Below are positions 16,871 through 25,412 of a stretch of 31,548 bases of DNA, piece by piece. The notes beneath the pieces are model-generated. The model saw nothing but the letters and a program-made list of their open reading frames with translations. It did no database searches and had not been told where the DNA came from. The stretch is from a virus (taxonomy: Duplodnaviria > Caudoviricetes), in the IMG/VR virus record IMGVR_UViG_3300047402_000006, positions 1 through 31,548 of that record. The stretch is one strand, 5' to 3'. How positions within the stretch are numbered: the first letter of the stretch is position 1; each line of letters starts with the position of its first letter. The position numbers and the translations under genes are program-made.

Positions 16871-17514
16871 CAGAAGCTCCAGTATCTGTTTGCGTTGTAG
16901 TTGGTTCCTTTTCGGTAGACGGCATTCTTATCCGAAAGAATGTTTCTACCCTGATCTGAAATGTTGCTTGCCCGTGACTTGATGCGGTTCAGCATCTCGT
17001 CCTGTGCCAGCACAGCGTCTGCCTGTCTATCGCCTTGAATAAGCATCTGATACTTACGCATGGCGGTTGTGAGGATTGCCCTCTGATGCACCGTATCTAG
17101 TTGTTCCCACTTGATCATCGACACGATGGTCACATAGTGGTCTTCGGTTGCATCCCACACATCCGTCTGATCGGTAATGTTGTACAGGCGTGGGGGGTTG
17201 GTTTCTGTGACCTTGGCTTTGATTAGAAAGCCATCGTCATTGTAATGAGCTGATGATAGGGATGCTTCAAGAATCCCTGTGTAGTCGTTGTTGGGGTAGC
17301 CTAGCAGAATCAAGCCATCTGTGTTCGGCTCGATTAGTCTTGTGATCTTATTCTCCGCAAGTCCACGGAGCTGGTAGTCTAGAGAGACCTGCTCCAGTAG
17401 AAACTCGGCAATGCCTGTGTCGATTCCTGATGCTTCTTCAAGGTCGGCTACAAGGCTTTCCCCAGCGGACAACATCATCATATTGACCGCGTCTAACTTT
17501 GACAAATATCCCAT
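16870..17514 (-). CDS. Tail tubular protein A / adaptor (T7 gp11-like)
   Basis: The probable start is the ATG at 17514 after AAAGGA. LSKLDAVNMMMLSAGES resembles gp11 L.AVN..L..IGE, and RLYN...TDVW follows. It sits after the capsid terminator. Confidence 0.9.
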   Translation of the reverse strand: MGYLSKLDAVNMMMLSAGESLVADLEEASGIDTGIAEFLLEQVSLDYQLRGLAENKITRLIEPNTDGLILLGYPNNDYTGILEASLSSAHYNDDGFLIKAKVTETNPPRLYNITDQTDVWDATEDHYVTIVSMIKWEQLDTVHQRAILTTAMRKYQMLIQGDRQADAVLAQDEMLNRIKSRASNISDQGRNILSDKNAVYRKGTNYNANRYWSF

Positions 17515-17543
17515 AGATGTTTTCCTTTCTGTTGGGGATAACG

Positions 17544-17578
17544 AAAAAAACCCCTCCACCCAGTTATGAGTGGAGGGG
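17544..17578 (-). terminator. Intrinsic terminator after the major capsid gene (positional equivalent of T7 Tphi)
   Basis: Minus strand reads CCCCTCCACTCA-TAAC-TGGGTGGAGGGG-TTTTTTT: a 12-bp stem plus T7 tract. Confidence 0.92.
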
Positions 17579-17693
17579 CTGTACGACGATATGCGTAGAC
17601 GCATACCGAAGAGATTTTGGATCACTGTATCCCTTCTGCCTTTAGAAGTCCTTGTCAATCTTATACAAAGAAGATCACGAACACTCCTACGGA

Positions 17694-19073
17694 TTATGCG
17701 TAGGGGAAGGCAGCAGAGGCAGTGGGTACGAACTCGCGGCTGAAGTTGCCGCCGAGGCAAACGCGAACCTCGTTACGAGCGTATGAGGCTTCAGAGCCAC
17801 CGACATTCGCCGCATCGACTTGAGAGAAGATTGCGTTCGAAGAGTCGAAGAGGAAGCCAGCACCCTGTCCCCAGGTCGTGTTGGCATCGGTGTTGGTTGC
17901 GGTCTGACCGATGAGAAGAGCCGCGCACTCTGGACGGAGTACGCCAGTGCCAGCCATCATGCTAGCAACGGTGAAGGTCGTGTTGCGACGGACATCGTCA
18001 ACGGTGTCGACCTTGAGACCCTGTAGCTTGAGCGAGGCAACGCAGCCCTTCTGGAAGAGAAGACCGACGATACCCGCGTCATCGAACGCGAGGTTGTAAC
18101 GAGCCTCACCGACATTGTTGGCGGTGGTGTCCCAGTCGCCAACGGGAAGGTGGTTGCTCTTGATGATTCTGACACCCATGTACTCAAGGGAGTCAGAGAG
18201 CTTGTTGAGACCCTGCGAGAACGCCGCACCGAGACCACCCGCTTCGGCAGAACCGCCGAACATGGGCTGCATGGTAATAGCCATGCTAGCACCGCTGGAG
18301 TAGTTGGTGTCGCCGCTGCGGGCAACGCCAAGGGCGCGGATGTCCTGGAACGCGCGTGGGGTCACGGCGAGGTACACGCCATCAGTTGGCGCGTTGATCT
18401 GCTGGAGCCACACGACAAAGTCCTCGCAAGCCTTGAGGGCATCGAGGGCAGCGGCAGTGCGCTGTGCGGTGGTGGCTGAAGTGTTGATGGTCGCGCCAAG
18501 GTTCTTGAAGGTCGTGGTGATGAAGACAGGACCGCACGAAATACCGCGTGGGTCAATGCTTGAGCTGGGCGCACCAGTGGTGGTGTTGCCGCTATAGGTG
18601 AGATCCTCTGCACCAGCGCGCGCAATGTAAGCAGCGATCTGCTTATCACGGGCGTTGGCGAGAGTGAGACCAGCCTGACGGGCAAGCTCCGAACGGAACT
18701 CCCACTGGGTCTGCATGAGGTCGACATTGTCAAGCTCAAAGTGCGCCGCGATGGGACGCTTGTCAAGCTTGATGGCGATGGTGTTGGATGAGGTGTCGCC
18801 GCCGACAAGCTCCATACCCGCTTCCCAAGAGGTCTTGAGAGCAACGGTGCCAGTGATGGGGAACTCCATCGCAACGCCGCTTGAGATGGTCTTTGAGGTT
18901 ACGAGCGACTCAAACATGCAATACTCGTCGTACGCATGAATGGTCTCGCCGCTCCAGATTGAAAGCCAGAGCTTGTTTGCACCAGCAACTGGACCTGATG
19001 CCCATGTAGCGGTGTCGGTACGCATACCGATCATGCTTGCGGTCAAGTCGCCAGAGTTAGCTGAATATGACAT
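17694..19073 (-). CDS. Major capsid protein (T7 gp10-like), 459 aa
   Basis: LWLSIWSGE, KTISSG...EFPITG, QWEFRSELARQAG..LA...D, GVRIIKSNHLP and MMAGTGVLRPECA parallel gp10A motifs. AAAGGA SD and strong codon bias. Confidence 0.95.
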   Translation of the reverse strand: MSYSANSGDLTASMIGMRTDTATWASGPVAGANKLWLSIWSGETIHAYDEYCMFESLVTSKTISSGVAMEFPITGTVALKTSWEAGMELVGGDTSSNTIAIKLDKRPIAAHFELDNVDLMQTQWEFRSELARQAGLTLANARDKQIAAYIARAGAEDLTYSGNTTTGAPSSSIDPRGISCGPVFITTTFKNLGATINTSATTAQRTAAALDALKACEDFVVWLQQINAPTDGVYLAVTPRAFQDIRALGVARSGDTNYSSGASMAITMQPMFGGSAEAGGLGAAFSQGLNKLSDSLEYMGVRIIKSNHLPVGDWDTTANNVGEARYNLAFDDAGIVGLLFQKGCVASLKLQGLKVDTVDDVRRNTTFTVASMMAGTGVLRPECAALLIGQTATNTDANTTWGQGAGFLFDSSNAIFSQVDAANVGGSEASYARNEVRVCLGGNFSREFVPTASAAFPYA

Positions 19074-19086
19074 GATTTAGATTCCT

Positions 19087-19977
19087 TTATCGAAGGATGT
19101 TGAAGTTGGTTTGAGACATCCGTAGTTCTACGGCTGCTCGGTATTTTGGATCGGAGGCAAATCTCGGGTCCGATCTCTCCTTGTAGAACTCCGCCTTTGA
19201 GGTGTATGGTAGGTTGTTTACCTGTGTACCCACCACACCGACCTTGTCCGTTGTGGACTTGGCGGGTTCCTTTGCCGTGACCTTTGAGGCTTGCGAAGCA
19301 TCGTACTTCGCCTTTAGCCCCAGTAGTGTCACTTCCCATGAAGGTGTTGCCAATGCGGCATTGATGTTGAGCTGCTCGTCCATTGGGATGTTCTTGCTAG
19401 CCCAGTCGAATACGCGAGCAAGGGTATCCTTGCCACCTACTCTATCTGCTGCCTCACTGTACGCATTCTGCAAGCGAGCCTTCTGTCCCTGCATGAAGTC
19501 ATCGACCACGAAGTCTGGTACCTTTAGTTTGTCCTTGATTGCGGCGCGTGATTCGTCTGACAACGAACCCGTGACGGCAACCTCTGTGGAGTATTTGGTC
19601 CACTCTTCCTTGGTCAACTGAACTTGTGCGGCTTGCGAAACATCTGGCACAACCTCCTTTGGCTTGTCAGGAATACGCAGTTGCTCTGGAATCACAGGCA
19701 CGGGTTCTGCCTTTGGTTGCTCTGGAGTTGCGGTCTCGACTGCTGGGGTCGGTGCGATTTGTTTCTTGAGTTGCGCGATTTCCTGTCTGGCTTGAGTGTA
19801 AGCGCCCTGCGCGGACTTTAGTGCATTGAACCAATCACCGACAGAGTTGAAGTTCTCTGGTACGGCGATGTTGTTCTGTGTCACATGGGTCTCAAACGCC
19901 TTGGCTTCTCTTGCCACGACAGGATCTGATGCAACCGCTGATTGTTCCACGGGGGGAGTCGTTGGTTGTTCTGACAT
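19087..19977 (-). CDS. Capsid assembly scaffolding protein (T7 gp9-like)
   Basis: VPENFNSVGDWFNALKSAQ, VGGKDTLARVFDWASKN and the C-terminal SDPRFASDPKYRAAVELRMSQTNF are typical gp9 features. It is directly upstream of the capsid gene. Confidence 0.92.
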   Translation of the reverse strand: MSEQPTTPPVEQSAVASDPVVAREAKAFETHVTQNNIAVPENFNSVGDWFNALKSAQGAYTQARQEIAQLKKQIAPTPAVETATPEQPKAEPVPVIPEQLRIPDKPKEVVPDVSQAAQVQLTKEEWTKYSTEVAVTGSLSDESRAAIKDKLKVPDFVVDDFMQGQKARLQNAYSEAADRVGGKDTLARVFDWASKNIPMDEQLNINAALATPSWEVTLLGLKAKYDASQASKVTAKEPAKSTTDKVGVVGTQVNNLPYTSKAEFYKERSDPRFASDPKYRAAVELRMSQTNFNILR

Positions 19978-19980
19978 GTT

Positions 19981-20616
19981 TTATCCTAGTACGGTGTTTT
20001 GGAACTGGATGTTGAAGGTATCAAAGGTAGCTCCAGCCCTTTGTACCGTGATTCCTGTTGTAAGGGTTGCCCAAGAAGCTTCCGAATCTGGAATGTCCTT
20101 GTTGCATTTGAATCTTACATAGTAGTTTGGCTGCACAATAATGCTGCCATTGTTTCTGACTTGGGTATATCCATCAACTTGTGGAGACACTGTGGCGTTA
20201 GCCGCAATGGTGGTGGATGATACCTTGACATAGAGATCAACAAGCTCGTTTGCCTTTGTTATTGTGAACAACACAGGTACGGTGGCTGTTGTTACTTGTC
20301 CTTGTGTAGACGAGAAAGATGCAGCGCCTGGATCTGCAAGAATGTCGGTCCAGTTGATAGCTGTTGGTGTGCTGGTGGAGGAGTCAATATAGATGATCTC
20401 CTTGTTGATGCCGATTAGGCGATCTGTCCACAAAGCACCACGCCCATCGTGCATCGTCAGCAAGTTGGTTAGAGCTTCTTCTGCGTCAGCATAGCTACTA
20501 AAACGACCCACATACTGGGTTCGGTTTACCTTTAGGGTAATAGTAGTTGACGACACATAGAAAGTAGCTGATCGAATGGGATTGATTTCGGGGTGTTCTA
20601 GTCCTCTAATAGCCAT
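19981..20616 (-). CDS. Hypothetical 211-aa T/V/I-rich beta protein inserted between portal and scaffold
   Basis: TAATG-coupled to the portal stop with GGAGGA upstream. Fills the gap exactly. Confidence 0.7.
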   Translation of the reverse strand: MAIRGLEHPEINPIRSATFYVSSTTITLKVNRTQYVGRFSSYADAEEALTNLLTMHDGRGALWTDRLIGINKEIIYIDSSTSTPTAINWTDILADPGAASFSSTQGQVTTATVPVLFTITKANELVDLYVKVSSTTIAANATVSPQVDGYTQVRNNGSIIVQPNYYVRFKCNKDIPDSEASWATLTTGITVQRAGATFDTFNIQFQNTVLG

Positions 20617-22196
20617 TACTGTCCTCCTCCCATTCCTCGCTGAAGGATCTGCATAGCCTGAGCCTGTGCTTCGGGGGTCTGTAGAGCCGTCTCGGCAGCA
20701 GATCCTGCCGCCTTTGCCATGCTCTGACCGACAGCTTGGGTCGTGCCCTGCTGCGTCTGCATCTGTGCTTGCTGTTGTGCCATTTCGTTCTGCTCTTCCT
20801 TCATCTCTTCAGCGGTCTTTACCCACTGACGGGAATCAAAGCCAAGCGCAGTTACTAGCTGCGAGGCGTATGCGTCCCACTTGAAGGTCTGCTGTGCTTC
20901 GGGTGGTAGGTTTCTCACCATCTCACCCATCTGCATAAGCTTCTGTAGGTCTGAATCTCTGCTCAACGCCTGTAGACCTGTCACAATCTGTAGTTCGATT
21001 GTGCCGTCTTTGGCAAAGAACTGTTCCTCTAGAGCGGGGTCCAACAGTTCATCCGCCAACATCTGCACAATGAACCGCTTTACGATTGGTTCCATCAGTG
21101 TTCTGGCGATTGAGGAGAATGCACCACCAAGAACCGTCTCCAGTTCAGAACCGATCATTCGGACGGCAGTAGCTGTGACTCGGTCTCCGCTAGGAATAGC
21201 TTGACCTGTCATCAGGAATGCCTGTCCGATCTCTCGTCTCATGTTTTCCACGGCGGCAGATGCCGCTTGGATCTGTGGGTTCATGGTTGCGGCTGGTGAT
21301 AGGGTGAACACATCAGACTGACGGGCGGCAATGAATGAGCCGTTTGGCTTTGTAGCCACATCGTCAATCTCCGTGATACCGCTTGGATCAATAGCGACCC
21401 AGAAGGTACTCGCGCCAGCTAGTCCTTCGATCTGTGCTTGAGTATAGCTCTCAAGTGAGGTCAGGTCACCGAGGATATCCTCGCAGTGTGACCGTCCATA
21501 GTTCTCACCTGGAACTGATAGCCAGCGCAGTACAGCAAATGGCGGCACAACAAAGAAACCTTCGTTGTCTAGTTCACCCTTGCTGTTCTCTCTCTTGTAA
21601 GACCATCCGCCATTCTCCTTGAGATACTGGCAATAGAAGGTCTTGTATCCGTTTCGTGTTTCGGCAAAGCCTTGATCGTATCTAATCTCCTCTGGATCAG
21701 CCACCTCGTATTCCAAGTGGATTACTTCAATGACTTCTCCCATGACATTCCGCTGCACGACAAACTGATCGAGTCGATAGTTCGTGAAGTAGTAGTCTTG
21801 GTCGATGATCAGTAGGACATCGCCAGTGATGATTAGATTTTGTAGTGCCTGATAGGCTGTCTCCCGTAGGTTGGTTGACACCACCTTGCGGTAGACCTGA
21901 TATGCGACGGATTCAAGGTACTGATTTATCTCCATAGGTGGAGTAGATCCGTCCTTCAAGCCGAACCGAAAGAACGGAGCATCGTTGAGGGGGATCAGAG
22001 CCGAAAGCATTCGTGATGCTAGGGCAGTGACTCCTCGACTTGCTACCGAACTAAACGGTTGTGGCAGTGCCCGACCTTCATCCCAGCCCTCTGGCGGAAG
22101 AATAGTCGGAATCGTCAGCATAGAGCAGTTTCGTGATCTGTTTAGCTTGCTAGATCTGTTTCCGTTGAGGATTTGAAACCGCTCTTGAAGTTTCAC
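20616..22196 (-). CDS. Portal / head-to-tail connector (T7 gp8-like)
   Basis: PFSSVASRGVTALASRMLSALIP..APFFR, GENYGRSHCEDILGDL, DRVTATAVRMIGSELETVLGGAFS and IVTGLQALSR. Confidence 0.97.
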   Translation of the reverse strand: MKLQERFQILNGNRSSKLNRSRNCSMLTIPTILPPEGWDEGRALPQPFSSVASRGVTALASRMLSALIPLNDAPFFRFGLKDGSTPPMEINQYLESVAYQVYRKVVSTNLRETAYQALQNLIITGDVLLIIDQDYYFTNYRLDQFVVQRNVMGEVIEVIHLEYEVADPEEIRYDQGFAETRNGYKTFYCQYLKENGGWSYKRENSKGELDNEGFFVVPPFAVLRWLSVPGENYGRSHCEDILGDLTSLESYTQAQIEGLAGASTFWVAIDPSGITEIDDVATKPNGSFIAARQSDVFTLSPAATMNPQIQAASAAVENMRREIGQAFLMTGQAIPSGDRVTATAVRMIGSELETVLGGAFSSIARTLMEPIVKRFIVQMLADELLDPALEEQFFAKDGTIELQIVTGLQALSRDSDLQKLMQMGEMVRNLPPEAQQTFKWDAYASQLVTALGFDSRQWVKTAEEMKEEQNEMAQQQAQMQTQQGTTQAVGQSMAKAAGSAAETALQTPEAQAQAMQILQRGMGGGQ

Positions 22197-22528
22197 TTGG
22201 GCTTCTCCGTGCTAGAGGAGATACCCTTGGCAAGCGCATCGAAGAACGAGATACTAGTCTTGCTCTCCTTCTTGGCTGCCTTGGTGCCTTGTGCCTTCGC
22301 CTCGTCAATGACAGCCTGTTCGGCTGCGTTGATGTCGGCAATGCGCTTGGCTTCTTCTTGGGCAAGCTTCTCCTTGGCAAGTCGATCTCGCTCTTCGCGG
22401 TCTCGCTCTTCCTTGATGGCTTGCTCCCTTCGCTTGTCTTCCTGTGCCTGATTGAACTCTCGTTCTTCCTTCAGGGCTTTCTGTTGTTCTGCGTAGGTCA
22501 TGCCTCCGCTGATGCTAGGTGCGCCCAT
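22193..22528 (-). CDS. Small charged coiled-coil virion protein (gp6.7/gp7.3 position)
   Basis: 111 aa, E/K/R/A-rich, TAAGGA SD, overlaps the portal start. The assignment is positional. Confidence 0.6.
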   Translation of the reverse strand: MGAPSISGGMTYAEQQKALKEEREFNQAQEDKRREQAIKEERDREERDRLAKEKLAQEEAKRIADINAAEQAVIDEAKAQGTKAAKKESKTSISFFDALAKGISSSTEKPK

Positions 22529-22537
22529 GTTTGTTCC

Positions 22538-23227
22538 TTATTTTGGTTTCTCTACATAGGTCGCGCCTCTATAGCCAGACGCTTGAACGCTTTGTAGTTT
22601 TTCTTGTTTATCCGCGAGATACTTCTCTTTAGCCTTCGCGTTGCGCTCATCGAGCGCAGCTTGTTCTTTAGCCAAAAGAGCATCATACCGAGCGATGTTC
22701 TCATTGAAGTCGTCCTTGCTGAACTGATAGTCAAACATCTTCTTGGCTTGTGCGCCAAATCTGAAGTATTGACCAGTGGATGACATTCCGCTTCGCTTGA
22801 GGATATCCTCCCAAGATCTGCGGTTGCCTTCCTTATCGTACAACTTGTTGTAATCAAAGGTTCGCTTGCTGCCTTCAACATAAGCGACCCTCACTTCTCC
22901 GTGCAGAGGCTTGGCGTTGATGCCAAGGCTGTCAAGTTCCGCTTGGGTTGTCGCGTTCTTGACAAACGCCGTATCCATCTGCACACCTTTGGCAGCTAGA
23001 TCCAACAGGTTTCTCTTGTAGACATCCAAGTAGCTTTTCTGTGCCCTCGCAAAGCGGTCTTCCCACATTGCGATGTTGTCCTCGTTGTCGTATTCAAGCT
23101 TGACTAGGCGGTCTCTATAGTCCTGTTGGTTGGTCTTGTAGAGTTCACCAAGGAATCCCATCTCCTCTGGCTTGAAAACAGAGTCACGCAACTTTGCGAG
23201 GGAGTCGAGGTAAGGATTATTCTGCAT
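22538..23227 (-). CDS. Hypothetical protein (229 aa)
   Basis: Clear ORF overlapping the upstream stop. It ends in EKPK, as does the next gene product. Confidence 0.7.
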   Translation of the reverse strand: MQNNPYLDSLAKLRDSVFKPEEMGFLGELYKTNQQDYRDRLVKLEYDNEDNIAMWEDRFARAQKSYLDVYKRNLLDLAAKGVQMDTAFVKNATTQAELDSLGINAKPLHGEVRVAYVEGSKRTFDYNKLYDKEGNRRSWEDILKRSGMSSTGQYFRFGAQAKKMFDYQFSKDDFNENIARYDALLAKEQAALDERNAKAKEKYLADKQEKLQSVQASGYRGATYVEKPK

Positions 23228-23414
23228 TCTTCTTCTTCTCCTGTAAGTTGATGATTGTTTCTAGGCGGGAGATGAGGTCGATCTTGCCGTTATAGTGCGC
23301 CAGTTGACGCGCTATCATCTCGCTGCTTTGGTTTGGATCGTAGCTTGGTGGCTGCGTCCACGCCTTCAGCAGGGGGATCCAGTCTGGATCTAGATAGGGA
23401 TACTTGGAGGTCAT
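23217..23414 (-). CDS. Small hypothetical protein (T7 gp6.5-like position and pattern)
   Basis: AAGGA SD. The P....D.......AHYNGKIDLISRL pattern resembles small pre-portal genes of T7-like phages. Confidence 0.6.
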   Translation of the reverse strand: MTSKYPYLDPDWIPLLKAWTQPPSYDPNQSSEMIARQLAHYNGKIDLISRLETIINLQEKKKNAE

Positions 23415-23535
23415 GAACTTCCTTTTCTAGTTCAACGATGGCGGCATACAGCTGAATCGACAGTCTGCCATATTCTGCGTTGGTCAGCGGGAGAGATTTC
23501 TCCAGCTTCAGAATCAGTGATGGTTCGATCGTCAT
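23290..23535 (-). CDS. Hypothetical protein (81 aa)
   Basis: ATGA overlap with the RNR stop (ATG at 23535) with GGAGG upstream, and a coiled-coil core. It overlaps the next gene by 125 nt. Confidence 0.55.
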   Translation of the reverse strand: MTIEPSLILKLEKSLPLTNAEYGRLSIQLYAAIVELEKEVHDLQVSLSRSRLDPPAEGVDAATKLRSKPKQRDDSASTGAL

Positions 23536-25412
23536 ACGATTGTGCATCCTCCAGCCGTACAGGCTGGTTCGTGTGCTGCCTTTGTCATGTCCTCCTGCTC
23601 GTATAGGTGCAGGAGCGAGAAGTCTACATCCACCTTGGGGAAGGCGTTGTACTGCTCTTCTGTGATGACTTCAAAGGGAGCTTGTTGATATGTGTGTTCT
23701 GCCTTGGGCAGAAAGGAAACTCCAGAGATGGAGTCGAACTGTCCATAGACGACAGAACCTAGAACAAGGAACTCGTCGTCTGTGTAGTTGATTGTCACCG
23801 AGGGCTTATGCTCGCAGTAGTAGTCGGCATAGATGCGCCACAGGATCAGGTGCGTTACAGCGTCAAGATCCTGTGTCGTCGGTGCGCCACTTGGTGCCTT
23901 CATTGGGAAGGAGAATACTGCGGTTGAGCTTGGATTCATCACGCAGTCCTCGCACGGCACTCCCTGGTCACGCATCAGATAGTACAGCGGATCCTTCTTG
24001 TCGAGGCGAACTCGACGGATATAGAAGGGGGCGTACTGTGGATGCAGTCCCGAGGCACAGCCAGCCAGACAGCTGGTGGTTCCTTCGGGCTTGACACAGG
24101 TGATAGCCTTGGAGGGGTCGGTGTTGATCTTCGCAGCCCATTCGGTATTGACCTCACGGGCACGACTCTTCAACTCACCCAGTAGCTTGATCAAGCCAGT
24201 CGGAGATACGCGACCACTGGTTAGTGGGTTGTCCCAGATTCCAGTCATGCTTACTCCGAGCAGTCTCTCTTCCTCGCTGTTCTTCTTCCACCTCTCACGG
24301 AGATAGGGGAAGTAGGTGAACTTGCTTTGGATGGTACCGATGATGGTAGCCATCTCGATCTTCTTCAGTAGTGTCGATCGCGTGTCAGTTGGGGTGACTA
24401 CGATTGTCGACAGGTTGCAGAACTCCTCTGGTCGCAGAATGATCTCCGAGCAGGGGTTCGTGCCGAGGTGTACATCATCGGGAATCTCACGACCTACACG
24501 CTCGCATACGGCATCAAGAGCTTGGCGGTTTAGGATACCGCGCTCACCGCTGAAGGAGTTGTATAGGCTCGTCCACTCCTTGAGATATCTCCCGAGGTGT
24601 GGCTTCTCCGTGTACACAGCGGAGTTGTTGGCAAGCGAGCGATAGGAGTGACTCTCCCACCAGTTGCCCGACTTGCAGTTTGCCATGTCGCTGTCATCTA
24701 GGTCGGACAGAGAGATCATTGCTGACCGTCTCACGCCACCTACGATGACCGACTGTGCGATGACACAGCAGATGTCGTGACACTCTAGGCTAGTCAGTCT
24801 GCGACCCTTCGCCTTGTAGAATGTTCCGACGATGAACTTGAAGACCTGTTCAAGCGGCATCGGACCTGATGCCCGACCGCCGAAGGTCTTCAGTCTCTCT
24901 CCTGCCTTGCGTACCCGCGAGACATCCCAAGTGGGATGCTTGCCTTGGTACAGGTAGGCGATGAGATTGTAGAGCGAGTCACACCAACCCTCGCGTGAGT
25001 CTGGCACGGCGATGGTTAGGACTTCGTCTCTGACGATTGTCGATGGTACTGACGGCAGCTTCTCGACACAGCGCCTCTCGACGCTGTAGCCGACTCCTGT
25101 GCCGCACATCAGGATGTATTGTAGTTCAGCGAACGATTCGATGGAGTCGATCTCTAGGTAACTACAGTTGTAGAGTGCGGTGTGATCGCGGTCCAGTGCT
25201 GGTCCCGCAGTCATCAGCGCCCTCATCGAAGGGAAGACAGTCCTGTCTAGGACTGCTTCCTTGATGTCTGGTCTCTCTAGGAGAGACGGCTCTTTAGCGG
25301 TGAAGTAGTTCCACCATCTATCGACCGTCTCTTCCCATGTCTCTCTTCGCCCCCTGTCTTCCATCCATCTGGAGTACCGACTCAAGGCGATGAAGTTCTC
25401 AAATGTGTTCAT
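23532..25412 (-). CDS. nrdJ: Class II adenosylcobalamin-dependent ribonucleotide reductase (monomeric/RTPR-like)
   Basis: RRETWEETVDR, FPSMRALMTAG, YNCSY, GGVRRSAMISLS, GTNPCSEI, ITCVKPEGTTS, CEHKPSVT and C-terminal ACTAGGC. No beta-subunit gene is adjacent. Confidence 0.92.
   Translation of the reverse strand: MNTFENFIALSRYSRWMEDRGRRETWEETVDRWWNYFTAKEPSLLERPDIKEAVLDRTVFPSMRALMTAGPALDRDHTALYNCSYLEIDSIESFAELQYILMCGTGVGYSVERRCVEKLPSVPSTIVRDEVLTIAVPDSREGWCDSLYNLIAYLYQGKHPTWDVSRVRKAGERLKTFGGRASGPMPLEQVFKFIVGTFYKAKGRRLTSLECHDICCVIAQSVIVGGVRRSAMISLSDLDDSDMANCKSGNWWESHSYRSLANNSAVYTEKPHLGRYLKEWTSLYNSFSGERGILNRQALDAVCERVGREIPDDVHLGTNPCSEIILRPEEFCNLSTIVVTPTDTRSTLLKKIEMATIIGTIQSKFTYFPYLRERWKKNSEEERLLGVSMTGIWDNPLTSGRVSPTGLIKLLGELKSRAREVNTEWAAKINTDPSKAITCVKPEGTTSCLAGCASGLHPQYAPFYIRRVRLDKKDPLYYLMRDQGVPCEDCVMNPSSTAVFSFPMKAPSGAPTTQDLDAVTHLILWRIYADYYCEHKPSVTINYTDDEFLVLGSVVYGQFDSISGVSFLPKAEHTYQQAPFEVITEEQYNAFPKVDVDFSLLHLYEQEDMTKAAHEPACTAGGCTIV

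Noticed and set aside
17625-17670. Sigma70 promoter from a perfect TTGACA on the minus strand
   Set aside because: No -10 hexamer at 16-18 nt spacing, and it lies just upstream of the terminator.
17515-17760. 82-aa N-terminal extension of gp11 as its true start
   Set aside because: It spans the capsid end and the terminator. The ATG at 17514 has an SD and matches the gp11 N-terminus. It is kept only as a frameshift hypothesis.
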